Program-made: the position numbers and the translations under genes
The notes under the pieces: model-generated
Seen by the model: the letters and a program-made list of their open reading frames with translations, nothing else
Databases searched by the model: none
What the model was told of the DNA's origin: nothing
Shown: piece by piece, positions 63,001-64,000 of the stretch
How the letters are laid out: every line of letters starts with the position of its first letter
How positions within the stretch are numbered: position 1 is the stretch's first letter
Source of the DNA: Octopus sinensis
Lineage: Eukaryota
Length of the DNA: 64,000 nucleotides
Assembly: GCF_006345805.1 (NCBI RefSeq)
Contig: NC_043005.1
Coordinates: forward strand, 40,114,001 to 40,178,000
Direction: 5' to 3'

Positions 63001-63896
63001 ACATAGCTTATTACTATATATAATGAATTTACTAAATCAGTTCATCTAATAATTTGGAATGCAAGATGTAAAGTATTGGTTGTAGCCGTCACTGAAATTT
63101 GTAATCAAATACAAGAAAAAAAATGTAAACTGACAAGAACAAGCTGATGTCAAGTGCAATGGTTTTGTTCTCACCAAATTTTTGAGAGCAAGGACCTACT
63201 AGTGAATTACAAAGAAGAGCATGTCTCCAGTAGATCTGGTTTTATAAAAACCACTAAAGAGGGAGAGAGAAACTTAAGAGGTTGGAGAAGGTTGTTCTTA
63301 ATTGTTGTCTGTTTCACTTTCAGATGTTGGAAGTAAGTGTGATAGGATAAAAGCTGGCAGGATTGGAGGGACTAAACAATGTCAGGTCAATAGTCTTGTT
63401 GAGTTGAAAGTGACTGGCAATGTTTTCGTAACTGGCATGCATGTGTACAGGGGGAGCAAGTCTGATATGGATGGAAAAAGATAGGTTTTATGTTGGGGTG
63501 TGTAGTTGGATAAAGTAAAAATGGAGGCATTTCAAGATGTTTTGTTGTACGATACAGTGTGATAGCAAGGGGCCATTTTTTTTAGTTTAAGTGGGGTGGT
63601 TACGGGGTGGTGTGTAAGATGAGTGGTTATCAGGAGAATATGAGTAGGGTTTAGAGTGGCATCTAGTCACTCCCCCCAAAAGCTACAAACTTTTGATTTT
63701 TGCACTATTTACAGCTGGATTCAAAGAGGATAGTCAACATCACTGCTTGTGTTCCCATTATCCTTACTAAATACTTTGATGTGTGAATGATTTTACATAC
63801 CTTTACAGGAGGTTGAGCTTTAGGTGCTGGTTTCAAAATATGGTACACAGAGGGCTGCTGAGTTTTGACAAGTTCAAGGAAATAGTCGAATAGGAA
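18855..63896 (-). CDS. CPS1: Carbamoyl-phosphate synthetase, CPS1/CPS III type (NAG-dependent, mitochondrial-type); 25 coding exons in window, 5' part beyond the right edge
   Basis: 25 exons joined at GT-AG sites give one open frame of 3348 nt (1115 aa + TAG at 18855-18857). Motifs: [91 protein letters not shown], and a C-terminal MGS-like domain (LVINLPN..DNYLIRR). The ORF stops after the MGS-like domain with no DHO/ATC, so it is not CAD. It follows human CPS1 as recalled. Confidence 0.97.
20251..20588 (+). mobile_element. tRNA-derived SINE with 13-bp TSD
   Basis: A box tggctcagtgg, B-box-like gctcgaatccc; TSD tgtcctcacagga at 20238-20250 and 20589-20601. Related copies: 42665-43018 (-), 56360-56625 (-). 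Confidence 0.88.
22112..22241 (-). CDS. CPS1: CPS1-like exon (130 nt) [43 protein letters not shown]
   Basis: tacag acceptor, gag|gtcagt donor. Confidence 0.96.
22490..22650 (+). repeat. Degenerate 24-bp minisatellite
   Basis: gcttttacatgacattgcacaaat / gcttttacatggcaccacacaggt / acttttacatgtcaccgcacaagc / ... Confidence 0.75.
23373..23485 (-). CDS. CPS1: CPS1-like exon (113 nt) [37 protein letters not shown]
   Basis: gaag acceptor (weak), aa|gtaagc donor; phases match both neighbours. Confidence 0.93.
24071..24235 (-). CDS. CPS1: CPS1-like exon (165 nt) [24 protein letters not shown]...LSDLGYK
   Basis: atcag acceptor, aag|gtatgt donor. Confidence 0.96.
24496..24759 (+). mobile_element. 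tRNA-derived SINE with 13-bp TSD
   Basis: A box tggcttagtag, B box gtttcgattcc; TSD tttagtacaatac at 24483-24495 and 24760-24772. Related copy: 62545-62810. Confidence 0.85.
25205..25850 (+). repeat. Three head-to-tail copies of a ~200-bp (AAT)n-separated dispersed repeat
   Basis: Each copy has actggtactt-type, aaaggcaaa-type and gaatttgaac motifs, separated by (AAT)n. Same family at 50160-50900 and 59400-59610. Confidence 0.8.
26401..26475 (-). CDS. CPS1: CPS1-like exon (75 nt) [25 protein letters not shown]
   Basis: tacag acceptor, gaa|gtaagt donor. Confidence 0.97.
26930..28465 (+). mobile_element. Cluster of three (GAT)n-tailed SINE-like repeats (26930-27165, 27640-28050, 28200-28465) around the exon at 27249-27419
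   Basis: Same family as 14651-14893; 68-bp internal tandem units at 27742, 27810 and 27878. Confidence 0.8.
27249..27419 (-). CDS. CPS1: CPS1-like exon (171 nt) [20 protein letters not shown]...YVGIK
   Basis: tacag acceptor, aag|gtatgg donor; second ATP-grasp E-x-N motif. Confidence 0.97.
28635..28724 (-). CDS. CPS1: CPS1-like exon (90 nt) [30 protein letters not shown]
   Basis: ttccag acceptor, aag|gtaatt donor; manual translation. Confidence 0.95.
29230..29880 (-). mobile_element. RTE-clade RT fragment (degenerate)
   Basis: Remnants [30 protein letters not shown]. Confidence 0.7.
30770..30877 (-). CDS. CPS1: CPS1-like exon (108 nt) [36 protein letters not shown]
   Basis: tccag acceptor, aat|gtaagt donor. 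Confidence 0.97.
31419..31640 (-). CDS. CPS1: CPS1-like exon (222 nt) [29 protein letters not shown]...[10 protein letters not shown]
   Basis: acag acceptor, cat|gtaaat donor. Confidence 0.96.
33330..33524 (-). CDS. CPS1: CPS1-like exon (195 nt) [19 protein letters not shown]...[14 protein letters not shown]...SLSSL
   Basis: tttag acceptor, ttg|gtaagt donor; manual translation. Confidence 0.96.
33721..34105 (+). mobile_element. Repeat X copy B, lying between (TA)n tracts in a CPS1 intron (antisense to CPS1)
   Basis: (TA)n at 33695-33720 and TA-rich 34090-34105; homologous to 2600-3005 (reverse complement). Confidence 0.75.
33879..34022 (+). ncRNA. Candidate non-circularly permuted hammerhead ribozyme (copy B)
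   Basis: GCGAU C UCAAGA uuaa UCAGCC GAA AUUGC ... UCUUGA CUGAAGA UUGAAGGCU; predicted cleavage after C33955. Differences from copy A fall at N7 or are mostly G-U compatible. Confidence 0.55.
35349..35459 (-). CDS. CPS1: CPS1-like exon (111 nt) [37 protein letters not shown]
   Basis: ttctag acceptor, gag|gtgagt donor; manual translation. Confidence 0.97.
35708..36230 (+). mobile_element. tRNA-headed composite SINE (head - TA/CA tract - cagtcaaatgactgaaacaagta tail)
   Basis: A box tggttgtgtgg, B box ggttcattccc. Family copies: 54525-54900 (+), 41799-42269 (-), 43825-44200 (-), 60370-60710 (-). Confidence 0.8.
36800..36934 (-). CDS. CPS1: CPS1-like exon (135 nt) [45 protein letters not shown]
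   Basis: tgtag acceptor, acc|gtatgt donor; manual translation. Confidence 0.96.
38290..38355 (-). CDS. CPS1: CPS1-like exon (66 nt) [22 protein letters not shown]
   Basis: accag acceptor, atg|gtaagt donor. Confidence 0.96.
39430..39571 (-). CDS. CPS1: CPS1-like exon (142 nt) [20 protein letters not shown]...IIPWVKQ
   Basis: ttctag acceptor, cag|gtatgt donor; manual translation. Confidence 0.96.
40590..41210 (-). mobile_element. (GAT)n-tailed SINE with a duplicated 108-bp head segment, followed by an RTE 3' fragment
   Basis: cacttgg..caggtcttctcaagcacagcata occurs twice with period 108; [10 protein letters not shown] at ~41100. Confidence 0.7.
41884..42039. repeat. 78-bp near-perfect tandem duplication inside a SINE
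   Basis: cctagtaattattctattggtcacttttgccaaactgctaagttac at 41884 and 41962. Confidence 0.92.
43318..43436 (-). CDS. CPS1: CPS1-like exon (119 nt) [26 protein letters not shown]...ASYS
   Basis: gttag acceptor, aa|gtaagt donor; manual translation. Confidence 0.95.
43545..43762 (-). mobile_element. Young CpG-rich tRNA-derived SINE
   Basis: Head ggcgcaatggcccagtggttagggcagcggacttgcggtcggaggatcgcggtttcgattccc; shares the cagtcaaatgactgaaacaagta tail. Confidence 0.8.
45039..45215 (-). CDS. CPS1: CPS1-like exon (177 nt) [18 protein letters not shown]...RIHSIAK
   Basis: tgtag acceptor, aag|gtgagg donor. Confidence 0.97.
45709..45907 (-). CDS. CPS1: CPS1-like exon (199 nt) [13 protein letters not shown]...[10 protein letters not shown]...MKSVGE
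   Basis: ttcag acceptor, gaa|gtaagt donor. Confidence 0.97.
46790..46990 (-). mobile_element. RTE-type 5' UTR-like fragment
   Basis: ggccacccaagcc..caggtcgaag..gaccagac..ctggccctccaggttggggg..actaacaacc resembles RTE 5' UTRs as recalled. Confidence 0.45.
47710..47843 (-). CDS. CPS1: CPS1-like exon (134 nt) [19 protein letters not shown]...[17 protein letters not shown]
   Basis: ctctag acceptor, gg|gtaagt donor; first ATP-grasp E-x-N motif. Confidence 0.97.
49859..49935 (-). CDS. CPS1: CPS1-like exon (77 nt) [26 protein letters not shown]
   Basis: tacag acceptor, aaa|gtaagt donor; found by manual translation, absent from the ORF track. Confidence 0.96.
50517..50833 (-). mobile_element. tRNA-headed SINE carrying a hammerhead ribozyme, with 14-bp TSD and an inverted terminal segment
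   Basis: TSD aactcagaacatag at 50503-50516 and 50834-50847; A box TGGCGTAGTGG (50749-50759); B box GAGTTCAGTTCC (50705-50716); anticodon-like loop CTACTAA; hammerhead at 50563-50608. Confidence 0.8.
50563..50608 (-). ncRNA. Minimal type I hammerhead ribozyme motif (Penelope-type), sense to CPS1 pre-mRNA
   Basis: 5'-GAUAC CUGAUGA A GGCUG gaggguauau CAGCC GAAA UG UU GUGUU-3'. Stem I GAUAC/GUGUU, stem II GGCUG/CAGCC, core intact. Helix III palindrome reads AUGU where ACGU is typical, probably CpG decay. Confidence 0.7.
51180..51800 (-). mobile_element. RTE-clade RT fragment with a Cys/His-rich insert
   Basis: [21 protein letters not shown]-like remnant, [48 protein letters not shown]. Confidence 0.8.
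53028..53610 (-). mobile_element. Tc1/mariner DNA transposon remnant, DD37D (maT)-like
   Basis: HTH remnants ([26 protein letters not shown]) and [28 protein letters not shown]. Confidence 0.75.
53741..53885 (-). CDS. CPS1: CPS1-like exon (145 nt) [27 protein letters not shown]...LGVHT
   Basis: ttcag acceptor, g|gtaaaa donor. Confidence 0.97.
56131..56259 (-). CDS. CPS1: CPS1-like exon (129 nt) [29 protein letters not shown]...VNH
   Basis: ttcag acceptor, cat|gtacgt donor. Confidence 0.96.
58640..59760 (+). mobile_element. RTE-clade ORF2 3' fragment interrupted by an (AAT)-family repeat (59400-59610)
   Basis: [44 protein letters not shown] remnants. Confidence 0.65.
60096..60253 (-). CDS. 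CPS1: CPS1-like exon (158 nt) [19 protein letters not shown]...APSFAVEN
   Basis: atag acceptor, aat|gtgagt donor; phase matches the previous exon. Confidence 0.97.
60997..61186 (-). CDS. CPS1: CPS1-like exon (190 nt) [15 protein letters not shown]...GGQTALNC
   Basis: ccag acceptor, g|gtaagt donor. Confidence 0.97.
62344..62439 (-). CDS. CPS1: CPS1-like exon (96 nt) [32 protein letters not shown]
   Basis: ttcag acceptor, aag|gtaaga donor. Confidence 0.97.
63801..63896 (-). CDS. CPS1: CPS1-like exon (96 nt) [32 protein letters not shown]
   Basis: tttcag acceptor, aag|gtatgt donor; linker between the glutaminase and synthetase parts. Confidence 0.9.
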
Positions 63897-64000
63897 CTGA
63901 AATAAGAATTTAAAGATTATCATCATCATCATTGATGCAGAACAAACTCATAATGGATACAGCCCTTCCAATCAAAAAACATGTGCAACATTACCTTCAC

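Noticed and set aside
18855-63896. CAD (pyrimidine CPS II) identity for the main gene
   Set aside because: The ORF stops right after the MGS-like domain with no dihydroorotase or ATCase exons; the NAG-site residues and QTNxxGxKQAD segment are CPS1-type
432-63932. Most short ORFs in the ORF track (IY, CV, TH, LS repeats, and antisense ORFs over exons or LINEs)
   Set aside because: They are translations of (TA)n, (CA)n, (GA)n microsatellites, SINEs or opposite strands, with no protein-like signal

Overview
Eukaryotic, AT-rich, repeat-dense genomic DNA. The SINE families resemble those I recall from cephalopods (probably Octopus); this is an inference. The right 45 kb holds the 3' three-quarters of a minus-strand CPS1-type (N-acetylglutamate-dependent CPS I/III) carbamoyl-phosphate synthetase gene. 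I reconstructed 25 coding exons by hand (63896 down to stop at 18855; 3348 nt, 1115 aa): all introns are GT-AG, the frame is unbroken, and the gene continues beyond the right edge. The left 18 kb is a nest of decayed retroelements (Tx1/L1-like, CR1-like with RT deleted, HERO-like, Penelope-like RT+GIY-YIG, RTE) inserted into a ~1 kb tandem duplication carrying a Death-domain-like terminal-exon remnant. The most unusual signals are RNA-level. (1) A (TA)n-associated repeat, present twice (2694-2837 minus, 33879-34022 plus), has all hammerhead-ribozyme core elements with perfect stems I and III but in a non-circularly permuted, pseudoknotted order; its stem II is non-canonical. (2) A 317-bp TSD-flanked tRNA-headed SINE (50517-50833) carries a minimal Penelope-type type I hammerhead, in sense orientation inside a CPS1 intron. 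All coordinates were read by hand and repeat boundaries are approximate.
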